Origin: Eubacteriales bacterium
GTDB lineage: Bacteria > Bacillota > Clostridia > Oscillospirales > CAG-272
Direction: 5' to 3'
NCBI GenBank assembly: GCA_045633385.1
Contig: JAZQYE010000183.1
Coordinates: 1-41,023 of the forward strand
Length of the DNA: 41,023 bases
The translations under genes and the position numbers were made by a program. The notes under the pieces were generated by a model that worked only from the letters and a program-made list of their open reading frames with translations, did not search any database and was not told the DNA's origin. This document shows, piece by piece, positions 32,715 through 41,023 of this stretch. Numbering within the stretch: the first letter of the stretch is position 1; each line of letters starts with the position of its first letter.

Positions 32715-32759
32715 ACCTTTAAAAGATTGTGGGGAAGCTTTTCAAAAGCTTCCCCACAA
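32715..32759 (-). terminator. Terminator of the MacB-like gene
   Basis: Perfect palindrome TTGTGGGGAAGCTT-TTCAA-AAGCTTCCCCACAA (32727-32759). On the minus strand it is followed by ATCTTTTAAAGGTTTTT. Confidence 0.55.
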
Positions 32760-32773
32760 AAAATTAAATCATC

Positions 32774-35700
32774 TTATTCGCTTCTCAAAGCCTCAACAGG
32801 GTTTCGTCTTGCGGCAACGCCGGAGGGGAAGACACCTGCGATGAGGGTAAGTCCCATGCTGATGGCGACCAGGATGATGCCTGCCAAGGGGGGAAGGACT
32901 GCTTTTAGGTTTGCAAGTCCTGTCAGGTGGAAGAGAATGATATTGATCAGCACGTTGCAACCAAGGGTAATGGCAATACCGAGAGCACCGGCAACAAATC
33001 CGACGATCAATGTTTCGGCGTTAAACACGCGGCGAATATCCTTTTTGGAAGCACCGATTGCACGCAGGATACCGATCTCCTTGGTTCTCTCCAAAACCGA
33101 GATATAGGTAATGATACCGATCATAATGGAGGATACCACCAGAGAGATGGCAACGAATGCAATGAGGACGTAGGTGATAGCATCTACGATAGTAGTGACA
33201 GAGGACATCAAGAGGGCAACGTAGTCGGTGTAGGAGATCTGCTTTTCCTCGCTTACGCCGTTGTTGTATTCGGTGATCAGCGCCGCGATCTCGTCTTTGT
33301 TTTCAAAGGTGTCGCAGTAGAGGTTGATCGCGCTGGGGGAATCGAGCGAGACCTGACCCAACAGGGTAAGGTTCTTTTCGTAGGTCGAGTCGGAGTAATC
33401 GTCCAAATACTCGTCGTACAGAGCCTCAAACTCCTTATCGCCAAGGGTTGCCAGCGTGCCGTTCATCATCATGAGCAGTTCCTCGGGAGTTTTGCCCTGC
33501 AGCATTTGAGAAACGCCTGCGGCGTACTCTTTCACGTAAACCTCTTTAAAGGATTGGTAGAAGGTGTAGCGCAGCATATCGTCGTCAATGGCTGCAATTG
33601 CGGCTTGTGCATCCTCTGCCGACATTCCTTGCGCCTGCATCAGGGCAAAGACGGCAAAGGGACGCAAGCCACCTGCCGCGGCAACGCGATTTTCAAATTC
33701 TGTGGTGATCTGCTCTTCGGTGGGGGTAGCGATCAGCTTGGTGAACATTTCCAGCTTTTGTGCATCGCTCATCACAGCCATTTGCGCCAAAACAGCCTCT
33801 TTCTTTTCGGCAGGGGTCAGCTCGGTAGTACCCGCAACCTTAAAGGGCTTGCCCGTCAGTACGTCGGTGTCGGGGTCTGCGATCTGTGCTTGAATGAGAT
33901 TGGAGGACGCGGTCTTTTCAATTGCGTACTCGGTCAATTCGGAGGTGTAAGCGATCGTGCCGCTCAAAATGGAAGAGGAGGTGTTTTCGCCGGGGCGAAT
34001 GATACCCGAGATCTTGAGGTCGATGCCAAGCTTTTCGTTGTCGTAGAGGAAGGAAAGCCCCGAAGCGTTTTCGCTTACGTTTGCGTAGGTGCCGTCAAGC
34101 TGCTTTTGGTAGCATTCGGATTGCAACAGCAAGCGGAACTCCATATTGCAAAGCTCCTCATAGGTCCAGCTCTTGGCAAGAGACGTATCTACTACCTCGC
34201 CCTTGGATGCCGCCATCAGGGCTTCCATGATCTCTGCTTCGGTGCGAAGACCAAGCGCGTAGAGTGCCAGGTCGCTGATCTCATTTTGCTTGTTGACGAC
34301 CAAAACGACCTCGTTGTAAGCGGAGGGCCAGTTACCGTGAATGAGTTCGTACTCGTCCTTGATCAAGGAGTTGATCTTTTCGTCCTCGGTAACGCCGGGC
34401 AGCATTTCCTGCCATACGTTAAAGGTGGACATCATGGGAGAACCCATACCGCCCATCATCGAGCCTGCCGCACTGCCCGACATACCGCCGCCGTAAATGG
34501 CGTTGATCAGCTCCATGACGTCGGATTTGATCACGGCACCGTCTGCATCCTTTACCAGCACGTTCCAATTAAAGTTGTACTGATACTGAATAGCGGTCAG
34601 ATATTCTTTAAATGCCTCGGTCGATTCCAAGTGTTCCTTAAACGACTTGAGGTCGTTTTTGTTGGTCTCGGCAGAGTTGAGCGAGTTCATCAGCTCCACG
34701 ATAATGGTGCTTTCATACACCTTGTCCAAGGGGCGGTCAAGGTCCTTATTCTCTTCGGTCTGCATCATGGTGGTGATGAGCGAGGAGAGGTCGGTCGATT
34801 CTGCATAGAGCTGAATGGGGTAGCTTGCCAGCGTGTCACGCTGTACCGAGTTGATATAGTTGTTGACACCCGTGGAGACCGAAAGGATCAGCGCAATACC
34901 GATGATACCGATCGAGCCCGCAAAGGAGACCATAAAGGTTCTCGCTTTTTTGGTCATGAGGTTGTTAAGCGAGAGGGAGAGCGCGGTAAAGAAGGACATT
35001 GACTTTTTGCGCTTGGGCGTGGTCGAGGGACGCGCGGGAGCGGTCGGCTTTTTGGCTACAGTCGTTTCGGTACGGGGCAGATAAACGCCCTTGCTTGTAA
35101 TGGGAGAGAGGAATTTTTGCAGCTTGGAGGGGGCACGGTTCTGTGCTTCGTCCTTGCCGTTGTAGGGGTTGGTGTCGCCAACTACGCGACCGTCCAAAAC
35201 GCGAATGATACGCGAGGAGTATTCCTTGGCGAGGTCGGGGTTGTGGGTGACCATAATGATCAGCTTGCGCTTGGAGATCTTGCGCAGAATATCCATGATC
35301 TGAATACTGGTTTGTGTATCCAAAGCACCCGTGGGCTCGTCGGCAAGCAGAATGTCGGGGTCGTTGACCAATGCGCGCGCAATGGCAACGCGTTGCATTT
35401 GACCGCCCGAGAGCTGTGAGGGCTTTTTGTGGAGCTGATTGCCAAGACCCACGGCGGCGAGTGCCTTTGCAGCACGGCGACGGCGCGCCTTGCGAGATGC
35501 ACCCGACAGCGTGAGTGCAAGCTCTACGTTTGCCAACACGGTTTGGTGGGGAATGGGGTTGTAGCTTTGGAAGATAAAGCCGATGGAGTGATTGCGGTAG
35601 GTATCCCAGTCGGCGTCGGTGTAACGCTTGGTGGATACGCCGTTGATGATCAGGTCGCCGCTGGTGTACTGGTCAAGACCGCCGATGATGTTGAGCATGG

Positions 35701-35836
35701 TGGTCTTTCCGCAACCGGAAGGGCCGAGGATCGAGACGAACTCGCTTTGGCGAAAACGCAGATTGACACCTGCCAGAGCACGTACGCTCGTGCCGCCCGT
35801 TGTGTAATCTTTAACGATTTTTCTCAGTTCGAGCAA
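32774..35836 (-). CDS. Fused ABC ATPase-permease of the MacB/FtsX type with a large extracytoplasmic domain
   Basis: It has a TTG start with GGAGG 8 nt upstream. The N-terminal NBD carries GPSGCGKTT, LSGGQMQRVAIARA and LLADEPTGALD. One TM helix is followed by about 540 aa of soluble domain and a C-terminal FtsX-type bundle. The product is 1020 aa. Confidence 0.88.
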   Translation of the reverse strand: MLELRKIVKDYTTGGTSVRALAGVNLRFRQSEFVSILGPSGCGKTTMLNIIGGLDQYTSGDLIINGVSTKRYTDADWDTYRNHSIGFIFQSYNPIPHQTVLANVELALTLSGASRKARRRRAAKALAAVGLGNQLHKKPSQLSGGQMQRVAIARALVNDPDILLADEPTGALDTQTSIQIMDILRKISKRKLIIMVTHNPDLAKEYSSRIIRVLDGRVVGDTNPYNGKDEAQNRAPSKLQKFLSPITSKGVYLPRTETTVAKKPTAPARPSTTPKRKKSMSFFTALSLSLNNLMTKKARTFMVSFAGSIGIIGIALILSVSTGVNNYINSVQRDTLASYPIQLYAESTDLSSLITTMMQTEENKDLDRPLDKVYESTIIVELMNSLNSAETNKNDLKSFKEHLESTEAFKEYLTAIQYQYNFNWNVLVKDADGAVIKSDVMELINAIYGGGMSGSAAGSMMGGMGSPMMSTFNVWQEMLPGVTEDEKINSLIKDEYELIHGNWPSAYNEVVLVVNKQNEISDLALYALGLRTEAEIMEALMAASKGEVVDTSLAKSWTYEELCNMEFRLLLQSECYQKQLDGTYANVSENASGLSFLYDNEKLGIDLKISGIIRPGENTSSSILSGTIAYTSELTEYAIEKTASSNLIQAQIADPDTDVLTGKPFKVAGTTELTPAEKKEAVLAQMAVMSDAQKLEMFTKLIATPTEEQITTEFENRVAAAGGLRPFAVFALMQAQGMSAEDAQAAIAAIDDDMLRYTFYQSFKEVYVKEYAAGVSQMLQGKTPEELLMMMNGTLATLGDKEFEALYDEYLDDYSDSTYEKNLTLLGQVSLDSPSAINLYCDTFENKDEIAALITEYNNGVSEEKQISYTDYVALLMSSVTTIVDAITYVLIAFVAISLVVSSIMIGIITYISVLERTKEIGILRAIGASKKDIRRVFNAETLIVGFVAGALGIAITLGCNVLINIILFHLTGLANLKAVLPPLAGIILVAISMGLTLIAGVFPSGVAARRNPVEALRSE

Positions 35837-35880
35837 TTTGATTGCCTCCTAAAAAATAATAAATAATTATGGAACAATAA

Positions 35881-35892
35881 AATATTATAGCA
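35881..35892 (-). promoter_or_regulatory. Candidate extended -10 (TGCTATAAT) for the MacB-like gene
   Basis: On the minus strand, TGCTATAAT spans 35892-35884, about 48 nt upstream of the TTG start. No convincing -35 element is present. Confidence 0.35.
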
Positions 35893-35967
35893 CCCGTTTT
35901 TAAATTGGGTATGAACAAAGCCGACGGTTTTGCGTGGAGATTGTGAAAATTGCGTGATTTTTTTCGT

Positions 35968-37743
35968 TTACGATGCATCGGTAACGCCAAGTGAGAATTG
36001 GCTGTTGTAAAGGTGATGGTAAAAGCCCTGTGCGGCAAGCAGTTCCTTGTGCGTGCCTTGCTCTACGATCTTTCCGTCACGCATGACCAAAATGAGGTCG
36101 GCAGACTCAATGGTAGAGAGGCGGTGTGCCACGATAAAGGAGGTGCGTCCCTGCATCATTTGCGCAAAGGCATCGCGGATCTTCAGCTCCATACGGGTAT
36201 CGATCGAGGAGGTCGCCTCGTCGAGAATGAGCATGGGGGGGAGTACCAGCATCACGCGTGCGATGCAAAGCAATTGCTTTTGCCCCTGCGAAAGAGCGCC
36301 ACCGTTCTCTCCCAATACCGTATCGTAGCCCTGCGGCAGACGCTTGATAAAGGAGTGGGCATGTGCAGCCTTTGCCGCGGCGATCATTTCCTCGTCGGTG
36401 GCATCGGGCTTGCCAAGGCAAATGTTTTCACGAACCGTAGCCGCGCGCAGCCAGGTGTCTTGCAGGACCATGCCGTACGAGGCGCGCAGAGAGTGTCGGG
36501 TGATGTTTCGTACGTCGGTGCCATCTATGCAGATCGCTCCCGACTTGACATCGTAAAATCGCATGAGCAGATTGATCAGCGTCGTTTTGCCGCAACCCGT
36601 AGGGCCAACGATGGCAATACGCTGTCCGGGCTTGACCGCAAGGTTGAGGTCGCGGATCAGATCCTGCTCGGGCGTATAGGAGAAGGTAACGCCATCCAAG
36701 AGGACGTTGCCGTCGGGATCGTCGAGGACAACGGCATCGGCGGCATCGGGCGTGAGCTCCTGCTCGTCCAACAGGGCATAGACGCGACCTGCGCAGGCAA
36801 GCGCGTTTTGCAGCTCGGTCAATACACCCGATATCTCGTTAAAGGGCTTGGTGTATTGGTTGGCGTAGTTGAGAAAGACCGAGAGCGCACCAACCGTCAA
36901 CGTTGCGCCGGGGGTGATGCAGAGCAAAGCGCCTACCAGCGCAACGCCTGCGTAAACGAGGTTATTGACAAATCGGGTAGAAGGGTTGGTAATGGAGGAG
37001 AAGAAGGTGGCGCGCAGGGCACATTTGCCAAGACGTGCGTTGACCTCATTGAACTCCTCCTGCGCGGCTTTTTCGCGGTCAAAGGCAACGAGGATCTTGT
37101 GATTGCCGATGTATTCGTCGATCATGGCAGTCTGCTCGGCTCTGGTTTCGGATTGCTTGCGGAAGAGTGAGTAGGTGCGTTTTGCAATGAATGCGGCAAC
37201 GAACAGAGAGAGCGGTGTGATCAAGATGACCACGAGTGCGATCTGCCAACGAAGTGTGAGCATGATCACGAGCGTTCCGAGGATGGTGATGACACCGGTA
37301 AAGAGCTGTGCAAAGCCCAACAAAAGTCCGTCGGTGAATTGATCGACGTCGGTGATCATACGGCTGACGGTGTCGCCTACGCTACAGCTGTCCAAATAGG
37401 AGAGCGGCAGACGTTGCAGCTTCTCAAACGCCTCGCGGCGCAGGCGGCGCACCATACCGTAGGTGATACGGTTGTTGATGACGTTCATCAGCCATTGGAA
37501 GAGTGCCGAGAGCATGGTGCAAATGCCGATGAGGATGCAAATATCTGTCACACTGCTCCAATTGACCTGTCCTTTCCCGACAATGGCATCAATGGCGTCA
37601 CCTGTCAGGAGCGGAACGTAGAGTGAGAGTGCTACCACGGCGGCGGCAAGCAGAAGAGAGATGCAAAGTGCAAGACGGTAGTGTCGCAAGCCTGCGACAA
37701 CGCGGGCGAGGGTGCGGCGGTCAAAGGAAAACTTCTTTTTCAT
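35968..37743 (-). CDS. Heterodimeric ABC exporter subunit (consensus Walker B, non-canonical signature)
   Basis: The product has a six-helix TMD plus an NBD. It carries Walker A GPTGCGKTT, signature LSQGQKQ (not LSGGQ) and Walker B LILDEATSS. Its ATG overlaps the upstream gene's stop as ATGA. Confidence 0.9.
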   Translation of the reverse strand: MKKKFSFDRRTLARVVAGLRHYRLALCISLLLAAAVVALSLYVPLLTGDAIDAIVGKGQVNWSSVTDICILIGICTMLSALFQWLMNVINNRITYGMVRRLRREAFEKLQRLPLSYLDSCSVGDTVSRMITDVDQFTDGLLLGFAQLFTGVITILGTLVIMLTLRWQIALVVILITPLSLFVAAFIAKRTYSLFRKQSETRAEQTAMIDEYIGNHKILVAFDREKAAQEEFNEVNARLGKCALRATFFSSITNPSTRFVNNLVYAGVALVGALLCITPGATLTVGALSVFLNYANQYTKPFNEISGVLTELQNALACAGRVYALLDEQELTPDAADAVVLDDPDGNVLLDGVTFSYTPEQDLIRDLNLAVKPGQRIAIVGPTGCGKTTLINLLMRFYDVKSGAICIDGTDVRNITRHSLRASYGMVLQDTWLRAATVRENICLGKPDATDEEMIAAAKAAHAHSFIKRLPQGYDTVLGENGGALSQGQKQLLCIARVMLVLPPMLILDEATSSIDTRMELKIRDAFAQMMQGRTSFIVAHRLSTIESADLILVMRDGKIVEQGTHKELLAAQGFYHHLYNSQFSLGVTDAS

Positions 37744-39479
37744 GCCGTTTCACCTCCTTTGCCGTATTGCGATTGATGAATCTCGCGATAGACCTCACAA
37801 CGCGCCAACAGCTCGTCGTGCTTGCCTGCATCGGCAAGGCGACCGTCCTCCATTACAAGGATCAGGTCGGCGTGTCGAATGGCGGAGGTGCGCTGTGCAA
37901 TGACGAAAACGGTGGGGGTGTGTGGGAGTGTGCGCAATGCGGCGCGCAACGCGGCATCGGTTGCATAATCGAGCGCGGCAGAGCTGTCGTCCAAAATCAA
38001 AATGTCGGCGTTTCGAACCAACGCACGGGCAATGGTCAATCTGGCGCGCTGACCGCCCGAAAAGTTCTTACCGCTCTGCAATACGGGCTCGTCCAAGCCT
38101 TTCTCCTTTTGGAGCACGAAGTCCTTTGCCTGTGCGCGTTCCAATGCCGCCCACAGCTCCTCGTCGGTGGCATCGGGCTTGCCCCAAAGCAGGTTGGAGC
38201 GAACCGTGCCGCTGAACAAAACGGCTTTTTGCGGTACGATGGCGATTTGTGCGCGCAGACCGTCGGGGTCAAGCGTGCGCACGTCCTTGCCACCTACCAA
38301 TACGCGACCTTGGGTGGCATCGTAAAAGCGTGGGATCAGGTTGATCAGAGAGGTCTTGCCCGAGCCGGTCGAGCCGATGATGCCAACGGTTGCGCCGCGC
38401 GGAGCGGAGAAGGTAATGTCCGAAAGCGTTTCCTCGGCGTTGCCCTCATAGGTCAAAGAGACGTTCTCAAAGCGTACGGCGGTGTCGTCGGCGGTCTGCT
38501 CCTCATCGGGGCGCACCGACATCCCCGCAGGGGTATCGAACACGGCTTGTACGCGGTCGGCGGAGGCAAGTGCCTTGTTGACGGTAAAGATGGTGTTTGC
38601 AAATTTGACGAGCTCTACAAGAATCTGCGCCATGTAGTTGGTCAAGGCTACCACGTCGCCCTGCGACATAGAGCCTACCTCTACCAGCTCTGCACCCGAG
38701 AGCAGGAGCACGATCACGCCCGTGTTAACGACGATCAGGGTGAGCGGATTCATCAGTGCCGCAATTCTGCCTGCCAGATTTTGCACGCGGTTGTGTTCCT
38801 CGTTGGCGGCGGCAAAACGCGTGATCTCATCCTCCTCGCGGCAGAGCGCGCGCAACACGCGCACACCGCTCAGGTTTTCACGGGTGACCTTTGTCACGCG
38901 GTCGAGGTTGGCTTGCACGCGGCGGTACATGGGGCGGTTTTTGAGCATGATCGAAAAAACAATCAGCGTCAAGAGCGGAATGACGACCGCAAACACCCAT
39001 GCGCCCAAAGGATCTACCAAAAACGCCATGGCGGCGGCTCCCAGCACGATGATGGGGGAGCGGAGCAAAAGGCGGAGTGTGAGATTGATGGCGGATTGCA
39101 CCTGATTAACGTCACCCGTCATGCGCGTGATGAGCGTGGACGTGCCGATACGGTCTGTCTCGCCGTAGGAGAGCTTTTGAATGTGCGCAAACAGATCTTG
39201 GCGCAGGTCAGTGCTAAAGCCAACAGCGGCGCGAGCTGCGTAATACTGTGCAATGAGCGAGCAGGTCAAGCCCACCACCGCAAAGCCGATCAAAAGCCCG
39301 AAGCCCGAGCCGATCATGGCGCGATCCTCACCGTGAATGCCGCGGTCGATGATCAGCTTGACCACAAGCGGTACCAGAAGGTCAAAAATCGCCTCCAACA
39401 GCTTAAACAAGGGGCTGATGACGCATTCCTTGCGGTAAGGCTTTAAATATTTCAACAGTTTTTTCATACGTTCAAGCAA
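37740..39479 (-). CDS. Heterodimeric ABC exporter subunit (Walker B lacking the catalytic Glu)
   Basis: It carries Walker A GSTGSGKTS, signature FSGGQRARL and Walker B ILILDDSS (Asp in place of the catalytic Glu). The start is ambiguous between TTG 39479 and ATG 39467 (MKKLLKYLKPY). Confidence 0.88.
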   Translation of the reverse strand: MLERMKKLLKYLKPYRKECVISPLFKLLEAIFDLLVPLVVKLIIDRGIHGEDRAMIGSGFGLLIGFAVVGLTCSLIAQYYAARAAVGFSTDLRQDLFAHIQKLSYGETDRIGTSTLITRMTGDVNQVQSAINLTLRLLLRSPIIVLGAAAMAFLVDPLGAWVFAVVIPLLTLIVFSIMLKNRPMYRRVQANLDRVTKVTRENLSGVRVLRALCREEDEITRFAAANEEHNRVQNLAGRIAALMNPLTLIVVNTGVIVLLLSGAELVEVGSMSQGDVVALTNYMAQILVELVKFANTIFTVNKALASADRVQAVFDTPAGMSVRPDEEQTADDTAVRFENVSLTYEGNAEETLSDITFSAPRGATVGIIGSTGSGKTSLINLIPRFYDATQGRVLVGGKDVRTLDPDGLRAQIAIVPQKAVLFSGTVRSNLLWGKPDATDEELWAALERAQAKDFVLQKEKGLDEPVLQSGKNFSGGQRARLTIARALVRNADILILDDSSAALDYATDAALRAALRTLPHTPTVFVIAQRTSAIRHADLILVMEDGRLADAGKHDELLARCEVYREIHQSQYGKGGETA

Positions 39480-39619
39480 GAATTCCTTTCCGAGTGGTAT
39501 CTAACCTTATTATTATACGCTCAATTTATGTCTTGCTTTTGTATAATTTATGAACATTTGCGTTTGTGCTCTGCTATCTGTCTTTTTTGAGGTTTTTTAA
39601 GATTTTTTGAGAAAAACGC

Positions 39620-39648
39620 TTGACAAACAATACTGTGTGTGATATAGT
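39620..39648 (+). promoter_or_regulatory. Candidate promoter of the PadR operon (TTGACA-17-TATAGT, TGn)
   Basis: TTGACA is at 39620-39625 and TGATATAGT at 39640-39648. The promoter lies 23 nt upstream of the ATG at 39671. Confidence 0.6.
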
Positions 39649-39651
39649 ATT
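39629..39651. promoter_or_regulatory. Inverted repeat AATACT-N11-AGTATT overlapping the -10; candidate PadR operator
   Basis: AATACT (39629-39634) is the reverse complement of AGTATT (39646-39651). Its position over the spacer and -10 fits autorepression. Confidence 0.35.
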
Positions 39652-39670
39652 ATGCGAGAGGGGGTATCGT

Positions 39671-39985
39671 ATGGATATTCAGCTGAAAAGAGGACTTTTG
39701 GACGTATGCGTTCTGGCGGCGATCCGCAAGGAGGATTCCTACGGCTATCAGATCATCAAGCAGATCAAGCCGTATCTTGAAATTTCGGAGTCCACGCTTT
39801 ATCCGATCTTGCGCAGGCTTGAGGAGTCGGGGCAGTTGACCGTGCGCGCCGTGGAGCACAACGGGAGATTGCGAAAGTATTATCACATTACCGCAAGCGG
39901 ACTTGCACGATTGAAGGATTTTACAAACGAGTGGAAGGAAATGATGGCGATCTATCAATTTGTAACGGGAGGAAAGAAAGCATGA
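39671..39985 (+). CDS. PadR-family transcriptional regulator
   Basis: MDIQLKRGLLDVCVLAAIRKEDSYGYQIIKQI...STLYPILRRLEESGQL is the canonical PadR winged helix. The product is 104 aa. Confidence 0.9.
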   Translation: MDIQLKRGLLDVCVLAAIRKEDSYGYQIIKQIKPYLEISESTLYPILRRLEESGQLTVRAVEHNGRLRKYYHITASGLARLKDFTNEWKEMMAIYQFVTGGKKA

Positions 39986-40587
39986 CGAAACAAGAGTTTT
40001 TAAACGGATTGCGTGCGCGCTTGTACGAGCTGCCGCCCAAGGACGTGCGCGAAACGTTGGAATATTACGGCGAAATGATCGACGATTGCGTGGAAAACGG
40101 AATGTCGCAGGAGAATGCCGTGAAGAAGATGGGCAGTCTTGATGAGGTTGCCGCGCAGATCCTTGCCGGTTCGTCCGTGCGCCAAAGAGTGACGCGCGCC
40201 TTGACGAATCAGCAGGCAAAAAAGGGAAAGGGCTGGACGGTCGCGCTTATTTGTGTGGGCTTTCCCGTATGGTTTCCGCTTTTGGTGTCTGCCGTTGCGG
40301 TCATTATCTCGCTTCTTGCCACACTTTGGAGCGTGGTCGTCTCCCTGTGGGCTTGCTTTGGTGCATTCGTCGGTACTGCCGCAGGCACCCTTTTGTTGAG
40401 CTTTGCCTATCTGTTTAGCGGATTTGGGCTGTTGAGCGTGCTGTGCATTGGTGCCGCTCTCGTATGCACAGGGCTTGCCATTCTGTTCTTTTTCGGTTGC
40501 CTTTCCGCCACCAAGGGCTCGGCAAAGCTGACCAAGCTCGTTTTTTTAAAGCTGTTTGGTAAAAAGCAAAGGAGGAGTGCAAAATGA
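39982..40587 (+). CDS. DUF1700-family membrane protein (PadR-associated)
   Basis: The N-terminus MTKQEFLNGLRARLYELPPKDVRETLEYYGEMIDD is typical of DUF1700. It has C-terminal TM helices and an ATGA overlap with the padR stop. Confidence 0.85.
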   Translation: MTKQEFLNGLRARLYELPPKDVRETLEYYGEMIDDCVENGMSQENAVKKMGSLDEVAAQILAGSSVRQRVTRALTNQQAKKGKGWTVALICVGFPVWFPLLVSAVAVIISLLATLWSVVVSLWACFGAFVGTAAGTLLLSFAYLFSGFGLLSVLCIGAALVCTGLAILFFFGCLSATKGSAKLTKLVFLKLFGKKQRRSAK

Positions 40588-41023
40588 GCAAGAAAATAAT
40601 GGTATGGTTGCTGATAGCGGCGATCATGATCGTGTCGGGCGGTGTGATCTTTGCCGTTGCCATGACCCTCAATGGTTGGAACTTTGACCTGCTTGATACC
40701 GACGAGCTGGAGACGAATACGCACGTTATAGAGGCGAATTTTGAGGATATCGATATCGACGTTGACGAGGCGGACGTCATCCTTCTTCCGTCCGATGACG
40801 GGGAATGCCGCGTGGTATGTGTGGAGAAGGCGCGCTTGCGGCATACGGTCGGCGTGCAGAACGGCGTATTGATTCTGCGCGAAAACGATGAAAAGCAAAA
40901 AGTATGGTACGATTACGTCGGCATCTTCAAGCAAACGCCTACCGTAACCGTTTATTTACCAAAGAGGATATACGGTGCACTTTGTATAAAGGGGCGCACG
41001 GGGGACGTGCAAATTTCCAAGGA
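40584..41023 (+). CDS. DUF4097-like (putative adhesin/LiaG-like) protein, N-terminal part; runs off the window end
   Basis: My own translation from ATG 40584 gives MSKKIMVWLLIAAIMIVSGGVIFAVAMTLNGWNFDLLDTDELETNTHVIEANFEDIDIDVDEADVILLPSDDGECRVV... The start overlaps the upstream stop as ATGA and GGAGGAG lies upstream. The frame is open to the window end. Confidence 0.75.
   Translation, partial: MSKKIMVWLLIAAIMIVSGGVIFAVAMTLNGWNFDLLDTDELETNTHVIEANFEDIDIDVDEADVILLPSDDGECRVVCVEKARLRHTVGVQNGVLILRENDEKQKVWYDYVGIFKQTPTVTVYLPKRIYGALCIKGRTGDVQISK

Noticed and set aside
32518-32844. 108-aa plus-strand ORF in the hydrolase/MacB intergenic region
   Set aside because: It reads through two strong terminator hairpins and into the antisense of the MacB-like gene. 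It has no SD and its translation has no recognisable features.
32927-35002. 691-aa plus-strand ORF inside the MacB-like gene. Similar long antisense ORFs occur at 7705-8724, 10210-10920, 24324-25583, 27287-28249, 29989-31260, 35998-37170 and 37623-39446.
   Set aside because: Each lies antisense to a gene with canonical ABC, DnaE or acyltransferase motifs. None has a convincing SD or start context, and the translations are Gly/Val/Arg/His-rich shadow frames.

Overview
This 41-kb window looks like a chromosomal segment from a Gram-positive anaerobe, probably class Clostridia. That placement is an inference from gene content: WhiA, a SecA with a C-terminal CxCxxxxxxxxCC zinc finger, GGAGG-type ribosome-binding sites and frequent ATGA start/stop overlaps. 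Hand counts of sample 60-nt lines give about 55-62% GC in the core and about 35-50% GC in two short islets.

I support 34 protein-coding genes. Housekeeping genes are tsaC (partial), prfA, an M18 aminopeptidase, an SLT-domain protein, coaE, a Gfo/Idh/MocA oxidoreductase, murB, whiA, dnaE, a HAD hydrolase, an FAD oxidoreductase, mnmA, trmL and secA.

Accessory content falls into seven groups:
- Two uncharacterised polytopic membrane proteins are tightly coupled to secA.
- A 46-codon micro-ORF that is 78% Asn/Gln lies just downstream of them and is absent from the ORF track.
- A self-contained ABC / DUF1854 / ABC cassette follows. Both transporters carry an N-terminal cytoplasmic extension of about 170-180 aa ending in a 4-Cys zinc ribbon.
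- Three membrane-anchored XRE-family regulators are present. Two of them sit in low-GC islets flanked by short repeats.
- An acyltransferase and an alpha/beta hydrolase form a divergent pair.
- A fused MacB-like ATPase-permease is present.
- A heterodimeric ABC exporter with one degenerate ATP site lies divergent from a PadR-DUF1700-DUF4097 module.

I found no rRNA, tRNA, CRISPR array, transposase, integrase or recognisable defence gene. The most unusual items are the Asn/Gln micro-ORF next to the zinc-ribbon ABC/DUF1854 cassette, a 139-bp MITE/REP-like palindromic element, and the two small low-GC XRE cassettes. All functional readings of these items are hypotheses. No database search could be run.
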